Origin: Nitrospirota bacterium
GTDB lineage: Bacteria; Nitrospirota; Nitrospiria; Nitrospirales; Nitrospiraceae
Length of the DNA: 64,000 bases
Assembly (NCBI GenBank): GCA_041178465.1
Contig: JBEGVJ010000018.1
Coordinates: forward strand, 960-64,959
Reading direction: 5' to 3'
Below, in pieces: positions 56,068 to 64,000 of this stretch; positions within the stretch are counted from its first letter, which is position 1, and each line of letters opens with the position of its first letter. The notes under the pieces are model-generated. The model saw only the letters and a program-made list of their open reading frames with translations, searched no databases and was not told where the DNA came from. A program made the position numbers and the translations under genes.

Positions 56068-59000
56068 CTAGACATCGATGGCGACACCTGGCCGCAAGAA
56101 AATAAACTGAAACGAAACAGACGACACGCCTAACGAACTCGCAACGGCTCGCGAGTAACTCTCTGCTTGAAATCGGTAGCGATCCACTCTGGCCTGTACC
56201 TCGTCCGCCGTCACATCATCCGTCTTATAGTCGGCAATCCAGACTCGGTCGTCAAGCCGATAAATCAGGTCGATCACCCCTTCCATGATCTGGCCCTCGC
56301 CGACAGGTATGACGAAGGGCACTTCTCGCCCGAGCACCGTTGCACGTTCCAGTCTTTTGTACGGCTCGGAGGAGAGGAAGCTCGCAAAAAGCGTGGTGAG
56401 ATTCTCCGTGACATCGGCGACCAATTGAGGATGATCCTGTGCCACGGCACGATCGGTGGTCTGCTCGATGACCGTGCCGATTTCAGCGCGAGGCCTGGTG
56501 AAATTCCACTGTTCGAGCACCGCATGGGCGCAGACTCCGATAAGCCGGGCCAGACTCGCATCATGCCCTGTCGTGGCGCGAGGGAACAGGGGCTCAGGCC
56601 TCTCTCCTGCGAGGCCTGAAGGGGTCAGCCGTCGTTGCGTCGCTCGGCGGTGCTCCCATTCAACGTGCCGTGCCTGGCGGCGAATGAGGATGGGACCGAG
56701 AGCCGGTTTCGTAGCCATCGCCGACGGGGGTTCCTCTCTGCGCCGTCTCGATGGCACCGAAGCCTGTGTGATGACACGAGTCAGACGGCTTGTTCCGATG
56801 CAGATCTGGCCGTCCGTCGATGGAGAGACCTCGGCTGACATCGCTTCTCCCAGGAGGGAGAGAACGGTGTCATGCCCCGGCTTGGTAGCTTGACCTCCCG
56901 ATAACACCAACAGATCGCGCGCCCTTGTCATGCCGACATAGAGAAGCCGCCTCTGTTCCGCTTCTTCCCGTGCCGCCATCTTCAAGTCCACGAGCACAGC
57001 TCCAAGATTCGAGCGGCCTCCCATCTGCAGGCTATAACAGCGGCTGGACCAATCGTGATGGAGAGAGGAACCCTTGCGTGAATTCCTGGCCCCCTGGTGC
57101 AGACCGGGAAGAATGACCACAGGAAACTCCAACCCTTTGGCTTTGTGAATGGTCAGCACGCGAACGGCGTCCAGGGACTCCTCCGCCAGGGCGCTTTCTG
57201 CCTCATCCGGCTGTTCCGACACCCGGGTCATCATGAGATCGACGAACCCGGTCAAGGTCAGATGGGGGCGATCAGCGAGCGTCTCGGCCATGTCTCGTAT
57301 CTTCCGCAGATTGGCGACCGCTTGCTCGCCATGAAGCGATGCGGCTGCCAACTCCAGTATGGGCAGTCGCTCAAAGAGCAAATCGATCGCATCAGGCACC
57401 GGTCGCACGGGAGCGAGCTGGTGCAACTCCGCCAAACATCCGTAGAGCCGCCTCACCCTGTCGGCTTGCGGATGGTTCCAGGCCGACAGCCGTTCTCGTT
57501 GCTGATAGTCCAAGCCGTCGATCTGCCGGAGGGCCAGCAAATCCCGATCCGCCATGCCGCCCAAGGGTGAGCGCAAGATCCCGACCAGCGCAATCGCATC
57601 GTGCGGGTTGTCGATGACCCGGAGGAGGTTGACCACATCGATAATTTCCTGCCGCCGATAAAAATGCTTTTCTCCGTCGGTGATATAGGCGATGTCGTAG
57701 CGGCGAAGCGCGTCAAGGTAGACTTGAGCCTGAGTCAACTTTCTGAAGATCAGGGCAATATGGCCCGGCTGGAGGGGGCCTTCGCGTCGTTCGCGGTCCG
57801 TAACCGTCGTGCCGGCAAGGAGCTCCTCCTTGAGCCAGCGCGCCAGCGCTTCCGCCTCCGCCCTGGTCGCAGCCTGCACGTCGAATTCCTCGTCGTCCTC
57901 TCCGGACGTGACGAGGCGGAGCTGCACTCCCGAGACTGAAACCTCCGGTTTGCGTTGAGGCCTGGCGGCCAACCGTTCATTGGGCGGCTGAACATGCTCT
58001 GTCGGGTGGAAGAGCCGATCGAAGACATTGTTGACGACATCGAGCACAGCTCCGTCGCTGCGAAAGTTCGTCACCAAGGAATAGACGTTGCCCCCGCCGG
58101 CTCGAATTTTCTCTACCACGCGCTCGAAGGCCTCAATGTCGGCTCGTCGGAAGGCATAGATCGATTGCTTGGGATCCCCCACGATAAACAATTTGCCTGG
58201 CTCCAAGTCCACGTCCTGCCACGCAGTCTGATAGCTGCCGGCCCGTTCACCGAGGTAGAGGATGATCTCGTACTGCACCGGATCTGTGTCTTGGAACTCA
58301 TCGACCAGGATCGCTCGATAGGTCTGTTTAATTCTCGCTCGAACAGCCGGATGGTCGCGCAAGAGGGTTTTGGCCCTTGCCAGTAACCCATCGAATGCGA
58401 CCCACCCGGAAGTGAGAAACCGCTGATGCACGTGATGGAGGAAGGGCCGTACGAGCGTCACCACTTCTTGAAAGTAGAACTGGTCCACCGTGAGGAGTTG
58501 TTGGGCGAGTTCGATGATCGAGGCGGCCTCCTGGAACGCCACCTCGTCCCATCCGGCAGGGGCCTTTCCCAGATCCTTCTCCAGGACGGTCCGTTCATCT
58601 CGATCTAAGTCGTCGAGCCCGGGCGGTCCCTTCTTCAGCAGAAGTGCCAGCGCCTGCACCGCAGCGGCGAGCATCTGTTCCGCCTTGCGCCGTTTCGGTC
58701 GATCCTGCGCGGCAAGGATGGTGGCAGCCCGGCCATGGGTGGCCATGACCCAGTCTCGCAAGGCACCCTCAAGAGAAAGGGACCGGCACTGACGTTCCAG
58801 CTCATCGAGATCCACAAAATCCCCCGCAAGGGCAGCGGTAAACTGCCGGAGATCGTCGAGGTTGGCCCCTGCCAGCACCAGTCTCCATCGGTCATGCTGA
58901 GCTCCAGACACTCCGAGCTCATCGTCTAACCAACGATCCCAGCATGAGTGAAACAGTTCCTTGAAGCGTGATCCATCATCCTCTTGAAATGATGGGTCAA

Positions 59001-59418
59001 TTCCAGACTCCATCGGATGAAGACGCAAGAGATGTGCGGCAAAACTATGCAACGTGCCGATCTGCGCTTTCTCCAGCTGCTCAAGCGCCGTCCTGGCCCG
59101 TTCGCTCACTTGCTCAGTCGAGAGCTGGTAGCGGGTCCTGAAGGTGTCGATCATGTCATCCGTTTGATCGGACAGACGGAGGAGTTGCGCGCGCAGCCGC
59201 TGCTTCATTTCAGTCGCAGCTTTGTTGGTGAAGGTGAGGGCCACAACCTCCGTGACAGCCAGGGGGTTCGGCTCTCTCATGAGGAGGTTGAGGATGCGAT
59301 TGACGAGGATCGTGGTCTTGCCGGTTCCGGCTCCCGCAACCACCACGACATTGCTGTTCCAGGTGGTCTCAGCCAAGAATCGATCCTGGGAGTCTGTGAG
59401 TGCCAGGACTTCACTCAT
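56068..59418 (-). CDS. addA: AddA/RecB-type helicase-nuclease (UvrD-like helicase plus C-terminal PD-(D/E)xK nuclease)
   Basis: ORF track 56068..59544. I place the start at MSEVLALTDSQ. Walker A is GAGTGKTT. The C-terminal nuclease motif is VIDLIYRLDDRVWIADYKTD. Confidence 0.85.
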   Translation of the reverse strand: MSEVLALTDSQDRFLAETTWNSNVVVVAGAGTGKTTILVNRILNLLMREPNPLAVTEVVALTFTNKAATEMKQRLRAQLLRLSDQTDDMIDTFRTRYQLSTEQVSERARTALEQLEKAQIGTLHSFAAHLLRLHPMESGIDPSFQEDDGSRFKELFHSCWDRWLDDELGVSGAQHDRWRLVLAGANLDDLRQFTAALAGDFVDLDELERQCRSLSLEGALRDWVMATHGRAATILAAQDRPKRRKAEQMLAAAVQALALLLKKGPPGLDDLDRDERTVLEKDLGKAPAGWDEVAFQEAASIIELAQQLLTVDQFYFQEVVTLVRPFLHHVHQRFLTSGWVAFDGLLARAKTLLRDHPAVRARIKQTYRAILVDEFQDTDPVQYEIILYLGERAGSYQTAWQDVDLEPGKLFIVGDPKQSIYAFRRADIEAFERVVEKIRAGGGNVYSLVTNFRSDGAVLDVVNNVFDRLFHPTEHVQPPNERLAARPQRKPEVSVSGVQLRLVTSGEDDEEFDVQAATRAEAEALARWLKEELLAGTTVTDRERREGPLQPGHIALIFRKLTQAQVYLDALRRYDIAYITDGEKHFYRRQEIIDVVNLLRVIDNPHDAIALVGILRSPLGGMADRDLLALRQIDGLDYQQRERLSAWNHPQADRVRRLYGCLAELHQLAPVRPVPDAIDLLFERLPILELAAASLHGEQAVANLRKIRDMAETLADRPHLTLTGFVDLMMTRVSEQPDEAESALAEESLDAVRVLTIHKAKGLEFPVVILPGLHQGARNSRKGSSLHHDWSSRCYSLQMGGRSNLGAVLVDLKMAAREEAEQRRLLYVGMTRARDLLVLSGGQATKPGHDTVLSLLGEAMSAEVSPSTDGQICIGTSRLTRVITQASVPSRRRREEPPSAMATKPALGPILIRRQARHVEWEHRRATQRRLTPSGLAGERPEPLFPRATTGHDASLARLIGVCAHAVLEQWNFTRPRAEIGTVIEQTTDRAVAQDHPQLVADVTENLTTLFASFLSSEPYKRLERATVLGREVPFVIPVGEGQIMEGVIDLIYRLDDRVWIADYKTDDVTADEVQARVDRYRFQAESYSRAVASSLGVSSVSFQFIFLRPGVAIDV

Positions 59419-62400
59419 CGTTGATCCTTTGCTTTCGCATGCGGCGCAAGACTCGGGCCTGGGGCGACCGGTAGGAGCGCCACCAGGCCATGCTGTCGTA
59501 GCGCCTGCAGGCGCCTGAAAATTCGCAATTGTCACAGTAGCCATCAGGAAGAATAAAAAACTCTCTCTTCGCGATGCCCTGGATCAATGTGGAGAGGGTC
59601 TGCCGGATCATGTCACCGATATGGCCGTTCCAGAGACCCGCATCGAACGTTGCACGGAAGATTGGCTGCTTCCACTGAGGCGCCAGGAAAATGAATTGGA
59701 CATCGGTTGCAGCAGGCAGCGACGGCAGGACCATGCGGGCATAGAGCGGCGGTTGCAGCCGAAGGCCTCGCGCGGCAGACAGGGCCAGGTTACGATCCGC
59801 TGCACCGATCTCATTCCCCTGCTTAAATTTATAGTCTACGATGCGGAGCGCCGGAGGCTCCGCTCGATAATCGACGCGATCCAACGTGCCATGGATCTTG
59901 AGGGACACCGATGATCCCTCGGACCCTAGCGGGACGATTCCTTGGGCGGCAGCCTCAAACGCCACAGGGCGAAATCCTGTTTCCAGATACTCCACCTGGT
60001 CGGAAGAGACAGCAGCCTGTACCAATTCTGTCACCTGTTCGCGCGCCAAGGTCCAGAGCAGCGCATGCCCCGTCCCCTGGGTCGCAGCATGGGCCGTAAA
60101 AGCATCGGACACGGCTGCGTGCACCGTGGCCTGCACCCTGGCTTCGGTCAGCTGGTTATCCGGCCACTGGAGCAACAGCAATCGTTCGTAACTGAGACGA
60201 AGCGATTCATGGACCAGGGTCCCGATCGTTAACGGAGGCAGGTGCTCCGATTGAAGCCGCCGCACTGGCTCCAGCCTGAGAACTTTTTCCGCAAAATACT
60301 GAAAGGGGCAGGTCGCATAACGTTCCAATGCTGTCGGCGAGAAGCTCCGCGCGTCAATCATCGGTGAAGCAGAGGTCTGGGCTCCGACCATGCCATCGAA
60401 CGGACCAAGCTCCGGGGATTCTCGCTCGCTGGTCTTCAGGGCGGCGAGGCCCTGCTCAAAGAGGGGGCGGTCCCGCCCCATCGCATCGAGTATCGGCAGC
60501 GCATCATGTCCCTGCAGCAGACAGCCTAAGGCCAATTCCTCTGCCGGCAACAGGTCCTGGATCGACGGTTGTTCGCAGATCCGCATGGTCAGCCGCCGGG
60601 GGATCGTCTCTTCCGGCTTCACGACGAATCGCGGGTCGCGCATCGCCATGGCGATGAAGCCGGACGGCGCCATGACTCGCCCTGCTTCATCAGCTCGCTG
60701 GTACGACAGAGAGAGCCGATCGGTTGCCGAGCGGCTGAGAAGCTCGAACAGTAATAACTCCTCTTCATGCCCGGACAGCTTCTCGTCGATCTTGTAGCCC
60801 AGGGTCGATTCCAGCACGACACGGTGACGGTCGCGAAGAAAGGGGTCTTCCCGCACGTACCGCGGGAAAAGTTTTTCGTTCAGGCCAAGCACAAAGAGCG
60901 CCCGGACCGTTCTGCCGCGGGCCGTCATGGCATCCAGCACCTGAACGCCCTGGTGCCGCTCCTCTTCGATGGGGATGCGGCTCTCGTCCAGCACGAGCCT
61001 GAACAATTCGACCCACTCCTCCCATGCAAGCTCCCCTCCCAGCGGATCCAGCTGCTGCAACCGGTTCAGTGAGGATCCGATCAACGAGCCAACCGTCCTG
61101 AGATCGGCAGATTCAGCGTACTCCGTTGACGGTGTATCGAGCAGGCCAGGCACATGAAGATGCGATGTCACTAGCACGAGAAATGCGTCGGTCAAGGCTC
61201 CGATCGATCCTTGCGCGGGAAGGGCCTGGCAATCCCGAATCAGTCGCGACACGAGTTCCCATAAATATGTCAGCTGAGCCGTCTCGCCCGTCCCGGCCAT
61301 TGTCTGATCATCTTCGTCAGACCCTGTCGCGGCATCGTGGAGGATCGCGGAACTGGCCGGCTCTGCCAGGCGCCTCCATTCCGCCTCCCCCTTCGTAATG
61401 CCCAAGGTGTAGACGAGAGAACGCCAACGATCAGAACGGAGATCAATCTTGGCGGAGCCGGCATCCTGCGTCCGATAGAAGGGCGACGTGACTACATCCA
61501 GCATGGCAACACGGTCAAAGTCATTCAGAGGGAGCGAGGCGAGGCGCAAGAGGGTTTTTACCAGAGGCTCGCGCGACAGCGGCCGCGCCGCCGTCGACGT
61601 GAAAGGCACCAGGTGATGATCGAACACCGCTTGCAGCCTGGCCTGGTAGGGCTCCAGCGAACGGGCCACCACGCCGATCTCGTCGAAACGATAGTGGTTC
61701 ACCTCGACCAGGGTCAGGATTTCACGGCAGACCCTCGCCAGCTCCTCCTCGGCCCCGATCACGTTTGTGACGGAAAGTTCTACCCGCTCCCTTATTGCAG
61801 TTCGGTCCCCTTCTCCACTTCGATCATCATGGGTATCTGCCAGGGGAAGCAGATGCCGTTCGAAAAACTGGCGGGCGAAGAAAAAGGCTTGGCGGTCCTG
61901 CAAGGGAAAGTACAAGGTGGCCGGTGCGGCGCGCACCACCGATTCGAAGAACGAGAGTTGGACCTGCGACAGGTCGTAGAAGCCATAATAAAATACACGT
62001 TGCAGCCCCTTGAGGAACGAAGAGGCTGAGAGATCACGGTTGAATGAGGCGGCCAGGTCATCCGGAGAGCCGACCCCGAGCGACCGGCTGGCTTCCATCA
62101 CGGCTGCGTGGAGGGTAAACAGGGCACGGAGCCAGGTTCGGTCTTCCTCCTCGAACACCCCTTCGTCGAGCGCCTTCAACGCCGTCATTGGCGCAACCAC
62201 CGCGTCTTTTAAATCGCGCACCGTCGCCCACAGGGCTTTCCATGTTCCCGGTGAGCCAGGCAAGCGCAGGAGCGGTTCGAGGCCTGGAAGCTTCCGCCGG
62301 ACCACCTGTTTCACCAATTGCTCGAAGAAGAAATCGTCGACCAGTTGCAGGGATGGCACGGGGCTGGCATTGGAGACCGATGCCAGATCGTCGCGCAGAC

Positions 62401-62614
62401 GCAGCGCCAGCTGGTGGAATGTCAGGAAGTGGATATTGAGGAAGGACCGAGACTCGTGACGAGTGAGAGACTGTTTCAGCTGCTCGACCAGGGATGCCGA
62501 AGGAACAATGACCGCGAGCGGAGCAAAGGGATCGCCGGCCTTACAGGAGCGAATGTCCTCGCTGAGGGCATGCTCGAGAACTGGATGAAAAGGCCCGGTG
62601 ACGATGCGAAGCAT
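59411..62614 (-). CDS. addB: AddB-type helicase-nuclease subunit (inactivated helicase, C-terminal nuclease with Fe-S cysteines)
   Basis: ORF track 1067 aa. The nuclease motif is RIVDYKFKQG. The cysteine set CPFQYF ... CDNCEFSGAC is typical of the AddB iron-staple. It overlaps addA by 8 nt. Confidence 0.8.
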   Translation of the reverse strand: MLRIVTGPFHPVLEHALSEDIRSCKAGDPFAPLAVIVPSASLVEQLKQSLTRHESRSFLNIHFLTFHQLALRLRDDLASVSNASPVPSLQLVDDFFFEQLVKQVVRRKLPGLEPLLRLPGSPGTWKALWATVRDLKDAVVAPMTALKALDEGVFEEEDRTWLRALFTLHAAVMEASRSLGVGSPDDLAASFNRDLSASSFLKGLQRVFYYGFYDLSQVQLSFFESVVRAAPATLYFPLQDRQAFFFARQFFERHLLPLADTHDDRSGEGDRTAIRERVELSVTNVIGAEEELARVCREILTLVEVNHYRFDEIGVVARSLEPYQARLQAVFDHHLVPFTSTAARPLSREPLVKTLLRLASLPLNDFDRVAMLDVVTSPFYRTQDAGSAKIDLRSDRWRSLVYTLGITKGEAEWRRLAEPASSAILHDAATGSDEDDQTMAGTGETAQLTYLWELVSRLIRDCQALPAQGSIGALTDAFLVLVTSHLHVPGLLDTPSTEYAESADLRTVGSLIGSSLNRLQQLDPLGGELAWEEWVELFRLVLDESRIPIEEERHQGVQVLDAMTARGRTVRALFVLGLNEKLFPRYVREDPFLRDRHRVVLESTLGYKIDEKLSGHEEELLLFELLSRSATDRLSLSYQRADEAGRVMAPSGFIAMAMRDPRFVVKPEETIPRRLTMRICEQPSIQDLLPAEELALGCLLQGHDALPILDAMGRDRPLFEQGLAALKTSERESPELGPFDGMVGAQTSASPMIDARSFSPTALERYATCPFQYFAEKVLRLEPVRRLQSEHLPPLTIGTLVHESLRLSYERLLLLQWPDNQLTEARVQATVHAAVSDAFTAHAATQGTGHALLWTLAREQVTELVQAAVSSDQVEYLETGFRPVAFEAAAQGIVPLGSEGSSVSLKIHGTLDRVDYRAEPPALRIVDYKFKQGNEIGAADRNLALSAARGLRLQPPLYARMVLPSLPAATDVQFIFLAPQWKQPIFRATFDAGLWNGHIGDMIRQTLSTLIQGIAKREFFILPDGYCDNCEFSGACRRYDSMAWWRSYRSPQARVLRRMRKQRINDE

Positions 62615-62621
62615 CAGGAGC

Positions 62622-62727
62622 CGTGACGAGTGATCGGTGAGGGGTCACGAGCGGACACAGCACAGAGGGCCATGATGTTCTCTTTGTGTCTAGAACTCAT
62701 CACCCATGACGCATCACTGCTCACTTG
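62622..62727. repeat. Inverted-arm GTGA/TCAC word element upstream of addB
   Basis: The left arm cgtgacgagtgatcggtgaggggtcacgagcg faces the right arm aactcatcacccatgacgcatcactgctcacttg. The arms are about 70% complementary by hand count and similar to the arms at 24319..24484. Confidence 0.6.
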
Positions 62728-62730
62728 GGG

Positions 62731-62892
62731 TTAGCCGGTTTCCGGCCCCAGCAGCTCACCATTGCAATCCACACAGCACCAGTCGCCATCGATGAATCCC
62801 ATCGGGTCGCCGCACATGGGGCACTCGGGCGGAGGTCCCTTGTCGATAACAGGGAGCTCAGGCAATTCAAAATCGTCGTCGTCATCGTTCAT
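62731..62892 (-). CDS. 53-aa acidic zinc-ribbon miniprotein (not in ORF track, below its size cut-off)
   Basis: My own translation is MNDDDDDFELPELPVIDKGPPPECPMCGDPMGFIDGDWCCVDCNGELLGPETG. It has the CxxC...CxxC pattern and lies between the thioredoxin-like gene and addB on the same strand. Confidence 0.45.
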   Translation of the reverse strand: MNDDDDDFELPELPVIDKGPPPECPMCGDPMGFIDGDWCCVDCNGELLGPETG

Positions 62893-62905
62893 GAAGCGTG
62901 GTGTC

Positions 62906-63169
62906 CTACTCGCGAGGTTTCATTTTGAGCAATAGGGCCTTTTCGGCGCTCTCGCGGCTCGGCACCCCGACGAACGTCAGTCGTCCATCGATAATGGTGG
63001 CGGGCACAGCCCTGACCGAATGCCGGTCGGCAAGGAGCCGGCCATCCTCCGTGGTGATGTCCACTTCGCGATAGCCGAAGCTGTATTTCACCCGTAATTG
63101 TTTCCAGAGACTCTTCGCCGACGGGCAGGCCCCACAGCTCGGCGAGACTAAAAGCACAATGTTCGGCAT
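62906..63169 (-). CDS. Thioredoxin/glutaredoxin-fold protein (CGAC active-site motif)
   Basis: ORF track 62906..63277. I place the start at MPNIVLLVSPSCGACPS, preceded by GGAGGA. Confidence 0.65.
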   Translation of the reverse strand: MPNIVLLVSPSCGACPSAKSLWKQLRVKYSFGYREVDITTEDGRLLADRHSVRAVPATIIDGRLTFVGVPSRESAEKALLLKMKPRE

Positions 63170-63474
63170 CGATTCCTCCAATAGCTGAGCGATCTTACCA
63201 TCGGGCCGAACGGGGGAGCAAGCAAAGGGGCAACGGCTCTGCGCGGATTTGACTTCCCTCGGCGGAAGGCGCAGCATAGTCCGCCTAATCCATGAAACAC
63301 ATAGGTGTATTGTGACCCCTTGTTAGCCCTAAGCCATCCGACCACACAGCATCGTTCGAAGACAGAGTTACGCCCTCCTGGCGCGCTTCGCCATGAGGGC
63401 GTTGCTATCTGTGCCGCAGTAACCGCGATCGATAGAACCCTATGGGCCTTAACCTCATCACGAAGGAGATCGAC

Positions 63475-63699
63475 ATGAAACGACTGGCAGCCCTTTCGGC
63501 AGGACTGATCCTGGGATCGCCCGCGCTCGCCATGGCCGCGGAGCACAATGCGGGTTATCGGGGCATCGGACAGCTGTATTTCACATTCATGGGTGTGATT
63601 TTGATCTATGGCGTCTACGATAGCTTCGGCAAGAAGGCGATGTACGTGGCAGCGCCGATCATTATAGTCGGGCTTTATATGATGTTGCCGGCCAACTAA
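63475..63699 (+). CDS. Small exported/membrane protein
   Basis: ORF track 63442..63699. I place the start at MKRLAALSAGLILGSPALAMA, preceded by AAGGAG. A C-terminal TM segment is present. Confidence 0.5.
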   Translation: MKRLAALSAGLILGSPALAMAAEHNAGYRGIGQLYFTFMGVILIYGVYDSFGKKAMYVAAPIIIVGLYMMLPAN

Positions 63700-63717
63700 C
63701 GCCTGACACTCTGATAC

Positions 63718-63753
63718 GACTGGCTGGCCTAGTCCAGCCAGTCTTTCTCTTTC
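63718..63753. terminator. Hairpin between convergent genes, with a T-tract on the plus strand
   Basis: GACTGGCTGG-cctagt-CCAGCCAGTC is followed by TTTCTCTTTC. The loop contains the stop codon of the minus-strand gene. Confidence 0.6.
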
Positions 63754-64000
63754 AATTTCCGTGGAAGATATTTCTTCGTGAGATACTGGAAGTCCTTGTT
63801 GGCGAGGGCGTCCAGTTCGTACTTGAGTCCGCTCGCGAGCATCCGCTTGATTTCCGCCTGCCAAGCCGGTTTCTGGAACCATTGATAGTTGAGGAGCTCC
63901 TTCGCCCGGGCGATATCCTTCTCGTTCAGTTTGATCCCGACGTTGCGCGGGAGTTCATACCGTTCCGGATCGGCGCTGGAGAGGCCGATGAACTTGGCTT
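63729..64000 (-). CDS. C-terminal 89 aa of an unidentified protein (partial, enters from beyond the window end)
   Basis: My own translation of the minus strand gives ...AKFIGLSSADPERYELPRNVGIKLNEKDIARAKELLNYQWFQKPAWQAEIKRMLASGLKYELDALANKDFQYLTKKYLPRKLKEKDWLD, then a stop. It is absent from the track because the start lies outside the window. Confidence 0.5.
   Translation of the reverse strand, partial: AKFIGLSSADPERYELPRNVGIKLNEKDIARAKELLNYQWFQKPAWQAEIKRMLASGLKYELDALANKDFQYLTKKYLPRKLKEKDWLD

Noticed and set aside
63148-63882. 244-aa minus-strand ORF spanning 63148..63882
   Set aside because: It overlaps the thioredoxin-like gene start region, the plus-strand small membrane gene and the terminator hairpin. 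It has an Arg-rich composition and a frame different from the real C-terminal gene fragment at 63729..64000.

Overview
Moderately GC-rich bacterial chromosomal segment. Gene content and protein sequences look Nitrospira/Nitrospirota-like to me, but I cannot verify that here. I count roughly 70 protein genes and 2 tRNAs, with no rRNA and no CRISPR array.

Left third, housekeeping and stress genes: a partial HflX-like GTPase, tsaD, clpC, nadK, an FprA-type ferredoxin reductase interrupted by an in-frame TAG, fumC, hsp20, citrate synthase, rnd, a YyaL-aldo/keto-reductase fusion, and fcl-gmd.

Middle: an 11-gene type II secretion cluster (gspC-E-F-G-H-I-J-N-L-M-K) with no secretin or prepilin peptidase in cis. 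It is followed by an OprO/P-type porin plus PstS preceded by a candidate Pho box.

At tRNA-Thr(UGU) sits a 5.4-kb integrative element bounded by 95-bp direct repeats. It carries an integrase, an excisionase, an RHH protein, an EVE-like/nuclease-like fusion (candidate modification-dependent restriction), VapBC, and an HUH rolling-circle Rep.

Right third: clpB, a ComM/YifB ATPase, tRNA-Leu(UAA), lgt, and addAB.

Non-genic structure worth attention:
- A 125-nt palindromic (MITE-like) element present twice in opposite orientation.
- A set of inverted-arm hairpin elements built from short sequence words. Three lie inside the T2SS operon, and two of those are translated as unusually long pseudopilin leaders.
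- Several TTGACA-N17-TAGAAT type promoters.

All functional calls rest on my reading of the translated ORFs and motifs. No database search was possible.
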